Shown: positions 48,131-57,308 of the stretch, piece after piece
Position numbering within the stretch: position 1 is the stretch's first letter
Layout: every line of letters begins with the position of its first letter
NCBI GenBank assembly: GCA_964494345.1
Contig: CAZBSI010000001.1
Span: forward strand, 85,660 to 149,659
Reading direction: 5' to 3'
From: an uncultured bacterium
GTDB lineage: Bacteria > Armatimonadota > UBA5829
DNA: 64,000 bases
Position numbers and translations under genes: made by a program
The notes under the pieces: model-generated
The model's database searches: none
What the model was told of the DNA's origin: nothing
Seen by the model: the letters and a program-made list of their open reading frames with translations, nothing else

Positions 48131-49453
48131 TCAAACCTGCCAGCCCTTACGGGCGCGCCTGCTGACAAGTGCGTTTGCTTCAGGGTTGTCCTTAAACTGC
48201 TCTTTAACCGGGTCCCATCTTAGCTTATATCCGCCAAGTCTCAGGCAGATATTGCATAAATGAGAGACCGATACCGATCTGTGGCCAATTTCAGCGTCGC
48301 AGATCGGTTGATTTCTGCTGCGAACGCAGTCGATGAAGTCACCTGTATGGTCGTTAGAATCATAGAGCTTGACTGCGCTCGCCGGCAACGGCTCTTCCAG
48401 CAACTTCGAGTCGCTGGCTTCAATCTTCCCACGAGTGACAAATATCCAGCCGTCCTCGCCCTCAAAATGCACACCATGTTCCCCTTTGCTGGTCACGTGC
48501 ATCGGTGTGCCGTCGGCGTAGATCAGGTCGAGGTCGAAGCCAGGGAAAGTATTATAGCAATTCGGCCCGATAGGGTCAGGGCCTTTGCCAAAACCTTCAA
48601 TGCTGACAGGCCCTGAGCGGTCGACTCCGAGGCCCCACTGGGCGATATCAAGATGATGCGCCCCCCAGTCGGTCAGCATACCCCCAGAATATTCCATCCA
48701 CCATCTGAAGCTGCCGTGGGTGCGTTCCTTTACGTAATCTACAAAAGGCGCCGGCCCAAGCCACATATCCCAGTCCAAATCAGCAGGGACCGCGCTTATC
48801 TCAAACGGCCCGCCAGTCGGACCGGACGGAAGCCTGCTCTCTACTCGCTTGATCTTTCCAATCCGCCCATTGCGAACCAGCTCACAGGCAAGCCTGAATT
48901 TTGCATCGGAACGTTGCTGGCTGCCCGTTTGAAAGACCGCACCGGTGCTTTTCCACGCTCGCACTATCTGCCGACCATCTTCAATGGTCAAAGTCAGCGG
49001 CTTCTCGCAGTAGACATCCTTGCCGGCTTTCATCGCGGCGATAGCCTGATATCCGTGCCAGTGATCCGGTGTGCCGATAACTACCGCATCTATATCCTTT
49101 TGAGCCAGAAGCTCACGGAAATCAGCATATTTGCGACAATCCGGCCCGAACGCCGCCGCAGCCTCGTCGAGGTGTGTTTTGTCTACATCGCAGGCCGCCA
49201 CAACCTTAACCCCTGGGTGCTTGGCACACGCCTGTGTGTCGTGCAAGCCCTGCTTAAACCCGCCTTTGCTGCCACCGGGGCCGATGACTGCGATGTTGAT
49301 CTGGTCGTTGGGGCCGAACTTTCGACGCCGGGATGAGCCGCGCTCCAATTCCGCCGCTTCAGCACGTGCGCTGAACCAACCCGGCAACCCCGCCATAGCA
49401 ACCCCTGCGGCAGATGCCTTCAGAAAAGTTCGTCGATCGAGCTGTTTATCCAT
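48131..49453 (-). CDS. Tat-secreted Gfo/Idh/MocA-family NAD(P)-dependent oxidoreductase.
   Basis: The N-terminus carries a twin-arginine signal RRTFLKASAAGVAMAG. The Rossmann motif INIAVIGPGGSKGG and a GFO_IDH_MocA C-terminal domain are present. Confidence 0.85.
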   Translation of the reverse strand: MDKQLDRRTFLKASAAGVAMAGLPGWFSARAEAAELERGSSRRRKFGPNDQINIAVIGPGGSKGGFKQGLHDTQACAKHPGVKVVAACDVDKTHLDEAAAAFGPDCRKYADFRELLAQKDIDAVVIGTPDHWHGYQAIAAMKAGKDVYCEKPLTLTIEDGRQIVRAWKSTGAVFQTGSQQRSDAKFRLACELVRNGRIGKIKRVESRLPSGPTGGPFEISAVPADLDWDMWLGPAPFVDYVKERTHGSFRWWMEYSGGMLTDWGAHHLDIAQWGLGVDRSGPVSIEGFGKGPDPIGPNCYNTFPGFDLDLIYADGTPMHVTSKGEHGVHFEGEDGWIFVTRGKIEASDSKLLEEPLPASAVKLYDSNDHTGDFIDCVRSRNQPICDAEIGHRSVSVSHLCNICLRLGGYKLRWDPVKEQFKDNPEANALVSRRARKGWQV

Positions 49454-49532
49454 TATCCGCTCCTGGCACGAAGAAGTATAAGTATATGATGATTTATAAA
49501 CGGTGAGTTACAGTTCCTGCCTGGGCAGAATA

Positions 49533-50291
49533 TTATCTGTCCATAGAGCGTTTGCGTGCGGATTCAGCTACTTCGATGGCGTTCATAACATCATCCTCGC
49601 TGGTCGGCCCAACGAAATAAATCAGCTTCCCATCAAGGAATATTCCGCTGGAGAAGTACCGGTCCACAATCGCCTCCTGGTCCACTCTTGGTTTAGCTGC
49701 GATTGCTTTGGTATCCAGCTTTTCGATAACTTTTACAATCGGCTCCTGGTTATTTGCGTCGGCATAACACTTCTCGCAATCGACTATATCGACACGCAGC
49801 TTCGACCGGCCCGATTGTCCGCGGTGGTTTGTCTGGTGCTGGGTTTCATTAAACACGACATAAAACACGGTAGTGAAGTTGTGGGATTCTGGAGTATTGA
49901 TGCCCCTGTTATGAACAAAAGTTGCAGGGGTGGTGGAGTAATCAGCTTCTGTGAGGCTGTGCGCGGTTATTGATGTGCCGCCTTGAACAAACGCATCTGC
50001 GACCGCGTTGTCGATCAGCATTTTCGCGATTCTGGCCCTGTTGGCCGTCGGGTCTACGTGCAGGCACTGCACCATATACAACCCCTCGCCATCCTCCATA
50101 GGCGCCATCTCAATTGGATAATACAGCACAAACCCGAGGATATCTCCATCATCGCCCCTTGCAATCTGACCACGCAGTATGCCGCCGTCCAGCCACGCGT
50201 CCAAATTGCCGTTGCCTTCACGGCTGACACAACCCCCAGGGCAGAAGACGCCATCCCTGAGACTATTCAACTGAAGCTGTTCGATCTTCAT
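49533..50291 (-). CDS. Fusion protein with an N-terminal GNAT-like acetyltransferase fold and a C-terminal thioredoxin-like (redox-disulfide CxxC) domain.
   Basis: The N-terminus DILGFVLYYPIE...YMVQCLHV is GNAT-like. The C-terminus KLRVDIVDCEKCYADANNQEPIVKVIEKL...GKLIYFVG resembles small CxxC thioredoxin-fold proteins. Confidence 0.45.
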   Translation of the reverse strand: MKIEQLQLNSLRDGVFCPGGCVSREGNGNLDAWLDGGILRGQIARGDDGDILGFVLYYPIEMAPMEDGEGLYMVQCLHVDPTANRARIAKMLIDNAVADAFVQGGTSITAHSLTEADYSTTPATFVHNRGINTPESHNFTTVFYVVFNETQHQTNHRGQSGRSKLRVDIVDCEKCYADANNQEPIVKVIEKLDTKAIAAKPRVDQEAIVDRYFSSGIFLDGKLIYFVGPTSEDDVMNAIEVAESARKRSMDR

Positions 50292-50382
50292 ATTATTCTC
50301 CGTTGTTATTATACTCTAATTATCCGAATCTCATCCGCGCAGGAGAATATTCCTTAAAAATAGAAATCACAACAGGCACATT

Positions 50383-51672
50383 ATGAGCGATAGTTTTTTT
50401 GTAGACAATATCCATACAGGTTACGGCGACACAGAGATCCTGTCGGGGGTTAGCTTCCGGTTGGGCCAATCCGAGTTTGTCGGTATGATCGGGCCTAACG
50501 GCAGCGGTAAGACTACGTTGCTGCGCTCGATGTCTCGCGTGCTTGCTCCCAAAACTGGCGGCATCTATCTGAACGGCGCCGATATCTACTCAATTCCCGC
50601 CCGTGAATTTGCAAAGCGTGTCGCGGTAGTTCCTCAGGATACTCTTGTCGCATTCGACTTCAGCGTATTGGAGATCGTGCTTATGGGCCGCTCGCCGCGT
50701 CTTGGCAGGTTCTCAATTGAAGGACATCGCGACGTTGCCATTGCCCTTGATGCCCTCGAACGAACCGGCACCGCGCATCTTAAAGACCGTCAAATCACCG
50801 CGCTATCCGGCGGCGAAAGGCAGCGAGTGATGATCGCAAGGGCGCTTGCCCAGGAGCCTGAGGTGCTTTTGCTGGATGAACCCACATCCCATCTCGATAT
50901 CAGCTTCCAATTCGAGATTATGGAATTGATACGGTCGTTAAATCGCGAACGCGGCATGACAATTCTCGCCGTTCTGCACGATCTGAACCTTGCCAGCCAA
51001 TACTGCGACAGGTTGATTATGATGGGGCAGGGGAATGTTATTGCGGACGGCTCGGCGGAATCTGTCGTTACTTCGGATAACATTCGCAGCGTCTACGGTG
51101 CGGAGGTATGGGTGCGACGTCATCCCGTTACTGCCCGCCCCTATGTCATATCAGGTATACGAGGCCGCAGCGCTAAACCGGCTCCAACCCAATCCGATGT
51201 AATGTCTCGACCAGCAATTCATATAATCGGCGGCGGGGGCGCTGCTGCTCCGGCCCTGGCGAAGCTGGTGCGAAGAGGATATGACGTCACGTGTGGGGTG
51301 TTGAGCATCGGCGACGCCGACCAGGAGGTAGCCGACGCTTTGGACGTTCCCTATATTGCCCAGCAAATATTCGAGTCTATTTCTGAGCAATCTTCAGAGC
51401 GTCATCATGAGTTAGTGCAGACGGCGGATGTTGTGTTATTGATGAATATGCCGATAGGTCACGGGAATCTTGCTAATATCGAGACAGCTATGCAGGCTGC
51501 CGTCAATGGCAAGCTGGTGATAGCGATAGACCCGGACAATATCTCCGCACGCGATTTCACCAACGGCAAAGCCTCCGCCCTGATCAAGCAGATTCTGACC
51601 AACGGCTGCAAACCCGCAGAAACACTCGACCAGGCGATCGGAATGATAGAGAATTACGCCTCCGAAATATGA
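50383..51672 (+). CDS. Orphan ABC transporter ATP-binding protein (FecE/FepC-like) with a C-terminal extension of about 170 aa and unknown function.
   Basis: Walker A GPNGSGKTTL, signature LSGGERQRVMIARAL and Walker B LLLDEPTSHLD are present. The C-terminal extension IHIIGGGGAAAPALAKLVRRGYDV...VVLLMNMPIGHG looks Rossmann/flavodoxin-like. No permease or binding protein is adjacent. Confidence 0.8.
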   Translation: MSDSFFVDNIHTGYGDTEILSGVSFRLGQSEFVGMIGPNGSGKTTLLRSMSRVLAPKTGGIYLNGADIYSIPAREFAKRVAVVPQDTLVAFDFSVLEIVLMGRSPRLGRFSIEGHRDVAIALDALERTGTAHLKDRQITALSGGERQRVMIARALAQEPEVLLLDEPTSHLDISFQFEIMELIRSLNRERGMTILAVLHDLNLASQYCDRLIMMGQGNVIADGSAESVVTSDNIRSVYGAEVWVRRHPVTARPYVISGIRGRSAKPAPTQSDVMSRPAIHIIGGGGAAAPALAKLVRRGYDVTCGVLSIGDADQEVADALDVPYIAQQIFESISEQSSERHHELVQTADVVLLMNMPIGHGNLANIETAMQAAVNGKLVIAIDPDNISARDFTNGKASALIKQILTNGCKPAETLDQAIGMIENYASEI

Positions 51673-51726
51673 CCTTGGGCAGTCCGAATCGCCGCCTCAA
51701 AACCATAACTTCGCCCCCAGGCGTCA

Positions 51727-51866
51727 CCCCCGCCCCTGTCATTTCAAGCGCCCCCTTGTCATTTCGAGCCCCCCCTTGTCATTTCGAGCCCCCCCCTCGT
51801 CATTTCGAGCTCTCCCTCCCGTCATTTCGAGCCCCCCTCCCGTCATTTCGAGCGAAGCGAGAAATC
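51727..51866. repeat. Tandem direct repeat: six copies with a 20-22 bp period and a conserved core GTCATTTCGAGC, iteron-like.
   Basis: Cores sit at 51738, 51758, 51778, 51799, 51821 and 51842, separated by C-rich linkers (CCCCCTT / CCCTCCC). The last copy ends in the quasi-palindrome GTCATTTCGAGCGAAGCGAGAAATC. The repeat is intergenic between convergent genes. Confidence 0.8.
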
Positions 51867-51963
51867 TGCTTTTCCTTCCCAAACGCACGCAAGCAAAAAG
51901 GAGAACCCTCTGGTCCTCCCTTTTTCACGCTGCATCTGATAAAATGTATGAGTTACTGGGCAG

Positions 51964-52179
51964 TTAAATAGCCCGGGCTACCTTGCCGGCTTTAATGCAC
52001 TTGGCGCAGACTCGCATCTTCTTCGTCGAACCGTTGACGGTTGTGCGGACTGTCTGCAAGTTAGGCAGCCAGCGGCGCTTGGTTCGCGGAGCACGCAAAG
52101 CCCAAGAACCGGAATGGACGTGGCGAATATTTTGACCAAAGAGCGGCCCTTTGCCGCAGACATCACAAACGTTGGACAT
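51964..52179 (-). CDS. rpmB: 50S ribosomal protein L28.
   Basis: MSNVCDVCGKGPLFGQNIRHVHSGSWALRAPRTKRRWLPNLQ is the L28 signature. The start is placed at the internal Met, because the ORF-track start adds nine non-conserved residues. Confidence 0.9.
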   Translation of the reverse strand: MSNVCDVCGKGPLFGQNIRHVHSGSWALRAPRTKRRWLPNLQTVRTTVNGSTKKMRVCAKCIKAGKVARAI

Positions 52180-52373
52180 ATCTAAAAGGACCTCCATCCA
52201 ATACACACGGCATTTGCCGGTCCCAACGAATACGGCAGCGTCCTGCTAAAAATAGAACAGAGAAGTGCTCGCGCCGAGAGTCTGGAGCCAACAAAAACGC
52301 AGTAAATATTCTAACATGAACCGCAACTTAATTGCAAGCTCCGCTGCGGTATCTCGTTTCCAAACAGGATTAT

Positions 52374-53510
52374 ATGACAAATAATACCATAACCGACCTT
52401 ATCAAGCCGCCGAGGGTGGTGGATGCCAGCGAAAGCGTGCGCAGAGCCGCAGGGATTATCTATTCCTCCGAAGCTTCACGAATTCTCGTTACAAAGAATG
52501 GCGGAGTGGCTGGCGGAATCAGCGAACAAAACATCGCAGCCTATATCGGATCGGCTGAGGACCCCGATGCGGCTATGGATGTGCCGGTAGAAAATCTCGT
52601 GGAACCGTACCCCGTTTTCATCAGCCCCTCCGTTTCAAAAACCGATGCCGCCAGGATATTTTCAGAGACTGGGGTCGATATGCTGCCTGTCGTCGACAAT
52701 TTCGGCGGGTTGCGCGGGGTGCTGTACAGAAGCGATCTCATCGCCCTGATGACGCGAAACCTGCGACCCCCGACTGTCGGAGGCCTGGCTACCCCGCTTG
52801 GAGTCTATCTTACCACTGGCACAGTCAGCGGCGGAGTCGGCAGCGTGGGCCTGTTTCTCACCGGCCTTTCGATGGGGTTTATGCTGATAATCAGCAAAAT
52901 CGTAGGCGAGAGGCTTATGTTGATGCTGCAACATCTTCTCAGTCATAACTTGCCTGCGTTGATGAAGCTCTACTGGGCTTACGGCGTCTACAGCATCGGC
53001 TCAGCCGCCATCAGTATTGCGTTTCTGCTCGCACTACTGAAACTCTCTCCGCTTGCCGGTTACCACGGTGCGGAGCACATGACAGTCCACGCCATAGAGT
53101 CTGGAGACGATCTGACCCCACAGGCAGTAAGAAGATACTCCCGGGTCCACCCAAGATGCGGCACGAATCTGCTCGGCGCGGCGGCTATATTTATCCTTAT
53201 CACCTCCCAATTCAGCGGTGAGGTTGCCGTTATGATAGCAATTGCCGTTGTGATGCTGGGTAGAAACGCTATAGGTAGCTGGATGCAGAGGGTGTTTACC
53301 ACAAAGGAGCCCAGTGACGGCCAGCTTGCCAGTGGAATAGCCGCAGGAAACGAGCTGCTGAAGCGCTTTATGTCGTGGCCCAACGAGGTATTGACCGGCT
53401 TCCCCAGAATATGGAAGATGGGCTTTTTACAGTCGGCGGCGGGAATGACAACAGTGCTTGCCGTCGTATATGTTATAGAACGCCTGACCCACAAGCCGCT
53501 TCTGTTCTAG
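52374..53510 (+). CDS. CBS-domain pair fused to a DUF1385 (YqhQ-like) membrane domain.
   Basis: The N-terminal ~140 aa are CBS-like (VVDASESVRRAAGIIY..., LPVVDNFGGLRGVLYRSDLI). These are followed by TM helices and the DUF1385 motif GYHGAEHMTVHAIE...HPRCGTN. Confidence 0.6.
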   Translation: MTNNTITDLIKPPRVVDASESVRRAAGIIYSSEASRILVTKNGGVAGGISEQNIAAYIGSAEDPDAAMDVPVENLVEPYPVFISPSVSKTDAARIFSETGVDMLPVVDNFGGLRGVLYRSDLIALMTRNLRPPTVGGLATPLGVYLTTGTVSGGVGSVGLFLTGLSMGFMLIISKIVGERLMLMLQHLLSHNLPALMKLYWAYGVYSIGSAAISIAFLLALLKLSPLAGYHGAEHMTVHAIESGDDLTPQAVRRYSRVHPRCGTNLLGAAAIFILITSQFSGEVAVMIAIAVVMLGRNAIGSWMQRVFTTKEPSDGQLASGIAAGNELLKRFMSWPNEVLTGFPRIWKMGFLQSAAGMTTVLAVVYVIERLTHKPLLF

Positions 53511-53577
53511 TGCGGGTCGATAACAGGAACCCGAACCGCCCGGGCGTCGTCCTAACCGTGGAGTTTGATATCAAAAT

Positions 53578-56061
53578 ATGACCATGAGAAAAACACGTAT
53601 CCTTTTCCCAATTCTTTTTTTTGCAATCTTTATAAATACAGGCATCGCGGCAGCAGCGGTAGGGGTGAAATATAAGACCTCCGGCACGTTCGCCGACTCA
53701 ACCGGGGCGCAACACGTCTGGAGTATTAACGATGGCCACACCCTGATCTGGGACTCAAAGCCTTATATCCCGGTGGGGACCGTGTTTGTCTCCAAATATC
53801 TCGCAACCGATGCTCAGGACGACGCATATCAGGCGGATGTGGCGGCGCTTGATGCCCTTAAAAGCAAAGGTATAACCGATATCATTCTCAAGAGCGGCGG
53901 CCCGATTACCAACTCCAACGCTGCCTCTTTGCAAAAAATAGTATCCTATCTGGACAGCAACGGATTTAATTACGGCATAGAGTTCGCTGATGGCCCGCGC
54001 CAGGCTCTTAACGGCTATGTCATTGCTCCAGGCATATACAGGATGGAAGGCCCGTCTGAGGATACCACGATTAAATGCACCTGGCCTGGCGTCGATTCTG
54101 CTATTTACATCATCGTCAGCAAATTCGACAACTCCGTCAAAGCCAACGGCGGTGCGGTCGTTAAAGACGGAAAGGTCACTATTTATTTGCCATCCCCCCT
54201 CAAAACAGGGGAAGTCTTAATTGTATACCCACACAAAGCCCTTGATGGTGTTGCGGATTTGTGGAGCGGGTTTAGCGAATATAGAGATCGGCTGCTCGTG
54301 TTCCTGAAGGGCGTCAAGTTTGGGCCGGGGCTGCGATTCTTTATCGACCCATTTGCCTCCAAAATGGACTTTTCCGATGATATGGCCACCTTTCTGCCGA
54401 CATCTGGCGGGTTCCGACTCGGTTTGGAGGCCTATCTGACTCGCAAGTATCGTTTCGAAGGTGGGCTCAACGCAGGATGGGGGCTTAACGAGAACCTCGA
54501 AAGTATCGAACGCGCCGCGCGGTTAATCCCCCTTTGGAGCCTCACTCGAGGTGTACCTTACGCTTACGATATGGCCGGCGCTCACATGTTCTCCATAAAC
54601 CCAGCGATATCGGGTCAGATATGGGGGGATATCCTCGATTATCGCGATATGTCCGCCCAGGAATGCATGAACACGATCTCCGATATGCTGCGAAAACAGG
54701 TAGCTAATGTACCTGTCATATTCAAAAGCGGCAAATACCACCGAATCTACGCCAATCCTTATGGTATGGGCGGAATGGACGGGCTGGCTGCCGACGCTTA
54801 TGGTACTGGCGAGGCGCCAGTCGACCGGGTGGCCGGAGGGGTTTATTCGCTGGCAGAGGAGTCGAGCAAATCGACGTGGTTTATCGTAGGAGGCACGCGG
54901 GCGTCGGCGGATGGTAAGACTCCATATCTCAACGAAAGCACGATGCTCGCCACTCTCGACTCGTTCAGGGAAGTCGGCTGCAAGGGCTTCTTCGTAGATA
55001 ACGTCGCCGCAGACTCCAATCAGGCCGGCTGGCTTGCCTCTTTTAAGGGTAAAATCACCAAAGACTGGACGGATTTTAAGCCCACTGTAATAAACTACCC
55101 GGTAAATCCGCTCACAGGCGCCTACGTCAAACGACTGGCCAGGGACACCTGGTGGCTGCCGACGTTGCACAAAGGGGAGACGACTTATATCGGCGACGGT
55201 TTTCTCGCATACACCATTCTGGGCGAAAGCAGGTCGTATATCTGGTCGAATGCGGGCAAGCGCACGGTGACTATGGGCGGCAGGGCAGGTGCGGTTCCGT
55301 CGGTGGACTTTCCGTCAGGAATCAGCCTGTCTGCCAAGAAGAAATTATATACCCTTGATCTCGACGATTCGCCGTTAGTACTGCGCGGGCTCAGCTTCAC
55401 AGAGGTCTTTCCAAGAGAGACCGCTCAATCGCAGATTGACAAGCTGTCCAATTTGATAATCTCCGCAGATAGAGCCGGAATCGATGTCAAGAAGGCCAGA
55501 GGCGGTCTTGAGAGCGCCAACAGGGTGTTGTCAAATGGGCAGGCTTATATCTCCTACGGAATTGCAGCCGATGCTGCCAACGAACTGCGCGCTGCATTGG
55601 GGCCGGAGTTGTGGATCGAAGGAGAGCTTTCCCCTGCAGCAAACTTCGGAAAATCAGTATCCGCGCCGGGCGCGAGCGCTGGTCTTGCGTTGGTTTTGGA
55701 CACGACTGAGAGCGCGCCGTTGGATCCATACAGCGTGATCTACGGTTTCGCCATTTCCGCCAACTCCAGCCACGAAATCTGGCTTGCCGCATCTCCTCCC
55801 GACGATGCTTCCCCAATTTCGTGGTCGGTCGACGAAGGCGGATGGACGCAACTGGCCGCAGCCGACCGCAAGACCATCGAATACGCACCTGGGCTTACCT
55901 GGTATAAAATCGGTGTCGCCAATCTGGTTCCGGGCAATCATACCATCGCATTCAGGGCCGATGCCAAGCGCACTCAGGATAATCGATACTACTTCGCGAT
56001 TGACGCAATAGTATTAAGCCCGCACCCGTTCACGCCCAACGGGATAATCAAGCCGTTTTAA
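53578..56061 (+). CDS. Large secreted protein of 827 aa and unknown function, possibly a glycoside-hydrolase-like TIM barrel with accessory beta domains.
   Basis: A signal peptide (ILFPILFFAIFINTGIAAAA) is present. There are no TM helices beyond the signal peptide and no nucleotide-binding motifs. Confidence 0.5.
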   Translation: MTMRKTRILFPILFFAIFINTGIAAAAVGVKYKTSGTFADSTGAQHVWSINDGHTLIWDSKPYIPVGTVFVSKYLATDAQDDAYQADVAALDALKSKGITDIILKSGGPITNSNAASLQKIVSYLDSNGFNYGIEFADGPRQALNGYVIAPGIYRMEGPSEDTTIKCTWPGVDSAIYIIVSKFDNSVKANGGAVVKDGKVTIYLPSPLKTGEVLIVYPHKALDGVADLWSGFSEYRDRLLVFLKGVKFGPGLRFFIDPFASKMDFSDDMATFLPTSGGFRLGLEAYLTRKYRFEGGLNAGWGLNENLESIERAARLIPLWSLTRGVPYAYDMAGAHMFSINPAISGQIWGDILDYRDMSAQECMNTISDMLRKQVANVPVIFKSGKYHRIYANPYGMGGMDGLAADAYGTGEAPVDRVAGGVYSLAEESSKSTWFIVGGTRASADGKTPYLNESTMLATLDSFREVGCKGFFVDNVAADSNQAGWLASFKGKITKDWTDFKPTVINYPVNPLTGAYVKRLARDTWWLPTLHKGETTYIGDGFLAYTILGESRSYIWSNAGKRTVTMGGRAGAVPSVDFPSGISLSAKKKLYTLDLDDSPLVLRGLSFTEVFPRETAQSQIDKLSNLIISADRAGIDVKKARGGLESANRVLSNGQAYISYGIAADAANELRAALGPELWIEGELSPAANFGKSVSAPGASAGLALVLDTTESAPLDPYSVIYGFAISANSSHEIWLAASPPDDASPISWSVDEGGWTQLAAADRKTIEYAPGLTWYKIGVANLVPGNHTIAFRADAKRTQDNRYYFAIDAIVLSPHPFTPNGIIKPF

Positions 56062-56172
56062 TAAAAAACAGGCACGAATTATGCTGAATATCGTCTTCCA
56101 GGGATAACTGCCAAGACGCTGGAAGGATATCCGTGTGGCTGGGTGCAATACTTACCGAGGGCGAAGATTTGA

Positions 56173-56820
56173 TTGTGCGGAACGAATGCGGGATTAATAC
56201 GTCCAAAATATCGAGGGGCATGCGTCGTGAGTAATCGTCTGATAACTGACGGCGCTACTGACCGTGATATTGTCAGCCGGGTAATCGACGGCGACGTGGA
56301 GGCGTTTGGCATTCTGGTCGAGAGATATCAGGATCGCATATACAGCGCGGTTCAGAACTATCTCTCCAATCCGGACGATGCGTTGGATGTAACGCAAGAG
56401 GCTTTCGTGAAGGCGTATACTAAACTGCGCGGCTTTGATGCCAATTCTGCGTTTTACACCTGGCTATACAGAATCGCGGTCAATACGGCTATTGATTCTC
56501 TAAGAAGGAAGAAAAGCAAGCCGACTGATTCGCTGGATGACAGCAAATTCTCACAAACCGGTTTCGAGCCACCCTCCAAGGACCCGAAGACGGACCCGTT
56601 AAAGGTCGCGACGGCGCGTGAACAGGCGGATATGCTGCGGTCTGCGATCAGCAAATTGTCTGATAAGCTGAAAAGCGTGCTGGTGCTCTATGATGTTGAG
56701 GGGCTGTCCCAGGACGAGGTTGCCGAGATTCTGAAAATCCCGGTGGGCACCGTGAAATCAAGAGTTTCGAGGGCGAGGGCAGAGCTTAGAGAGATTCTTC
56801 GAGAGCAAATGGTGATATGA
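56173..56820 (+). CDS. ECF sigma factor (RpoE-like). The probable start is GTG 56227.
   Basis: The region-2 motif DVTQEAFVKAYTKLRGFDANSAFYTWLYRIAVNTAIDSLRRKK and the region-4 helix-turn-helix LSQDEVAEILKIPVGTVKSRVSRAR are present. Confidence 0.85.
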   Translation: MCGTNAGLIRPKYRGACVVSNRLITDGATDRDIVSRVIDGDVEAFGILVERYQDRIYSAVQNYLSNPDDALDVTQEAFVKAYTKLRGFDANSAFYTWLYRIAVNTAIDSLRRKKSKPTDSLDDSKFSQTGFEPPSKDPKTDPLKVATAREQADMLRSAISKLSDKLKSVLVLYDVEGLSQDEVAEILKIPVGTVKSRVSRARAELREILREQMVI

Positions 56821-57308
56821 CGATGAATTGTAAGACGGCGTGCAGCTTGATATCTGATTATCTCGACGACCAGTTAGCTGATTCACAAAAACAGAGTTTT
56901 GAGGCGCACATTGCCTGTTGCCGGATTTGTGCATGCAAAGTATCAGACACCCGCGAGATTTTGGTCTCCTTATCCCTGCTCTCCGTCGAAAAGTCTCCCG
57001 TAGATTGTTGGGAGCAGGTCCGCAAAAGTATCGCCATCCTTCCAAAGTCCAGGCCTCAATGGTGGCGCGGTGTTTTGCGTCCAATGGTAGCGGCTCCGGC
57101 TGCGGTGGTCGCCGCTTTGATACTGGCGCTATTCATACTGTGGCCGCAGTCGACGCCTCCGGTTTCTGATAAGCCGTTGGCTTCGGAGTACGCTTATTAT
57201 ATCGGAGCTCATCAGCGAGCGCATGTCCCCTTGAGATTTGCGGATCAGGATGCTGCGTTTGTTAAAGCCGAAATACAGAAAGCTGGTTTGATAGCGGCTG
57301 CCAAATGA
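56817..57308 (+). CDS. Zinc-finger (HxxxCxxC) transmembrane anti-sigma factor.
   Basis: The N-terminal motif FEAHIACCRICACKV is zf-HC2-like and there is a single central TM helix. Its start overlaps the stop of the sigma factor gene. Confidence 0.6.
   Translation: MTMNCKTACSLISDYLDDQLADSQKQSFEAHIACCRICACKVSDTREILVSLSLLSVEKSPVDCWEQVRKSIAILPKSRPQWWRGVLRPMVAAPAAVVAALILALFILWPQSTPPVSDKPLASEYAYYIGAHQRAHVPLRFADQDAAFVKAEIQKAGLIAAAK

Noticed and set aside
51727-51866. Possible CRISPR array.
   Set aside because: The repeats are directly adjacent with no unique spacers, the period is only 20-22 bp, and there are no cas genes. It is a tandem repeat or iteron, not a CRISPR.
51669-51971. 100-aa ORF with proline-rich repetitive translation (RAPPCHFEPPPRHFE...).
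   Set aside because: It is generated entirely by the 20-22 bp tandem DNA repeat and overlaps the 3' end of the ABC ATPase gene. The periodic amino-acid pattern mirrors the nucleotide period, so it is not a plausible protein.
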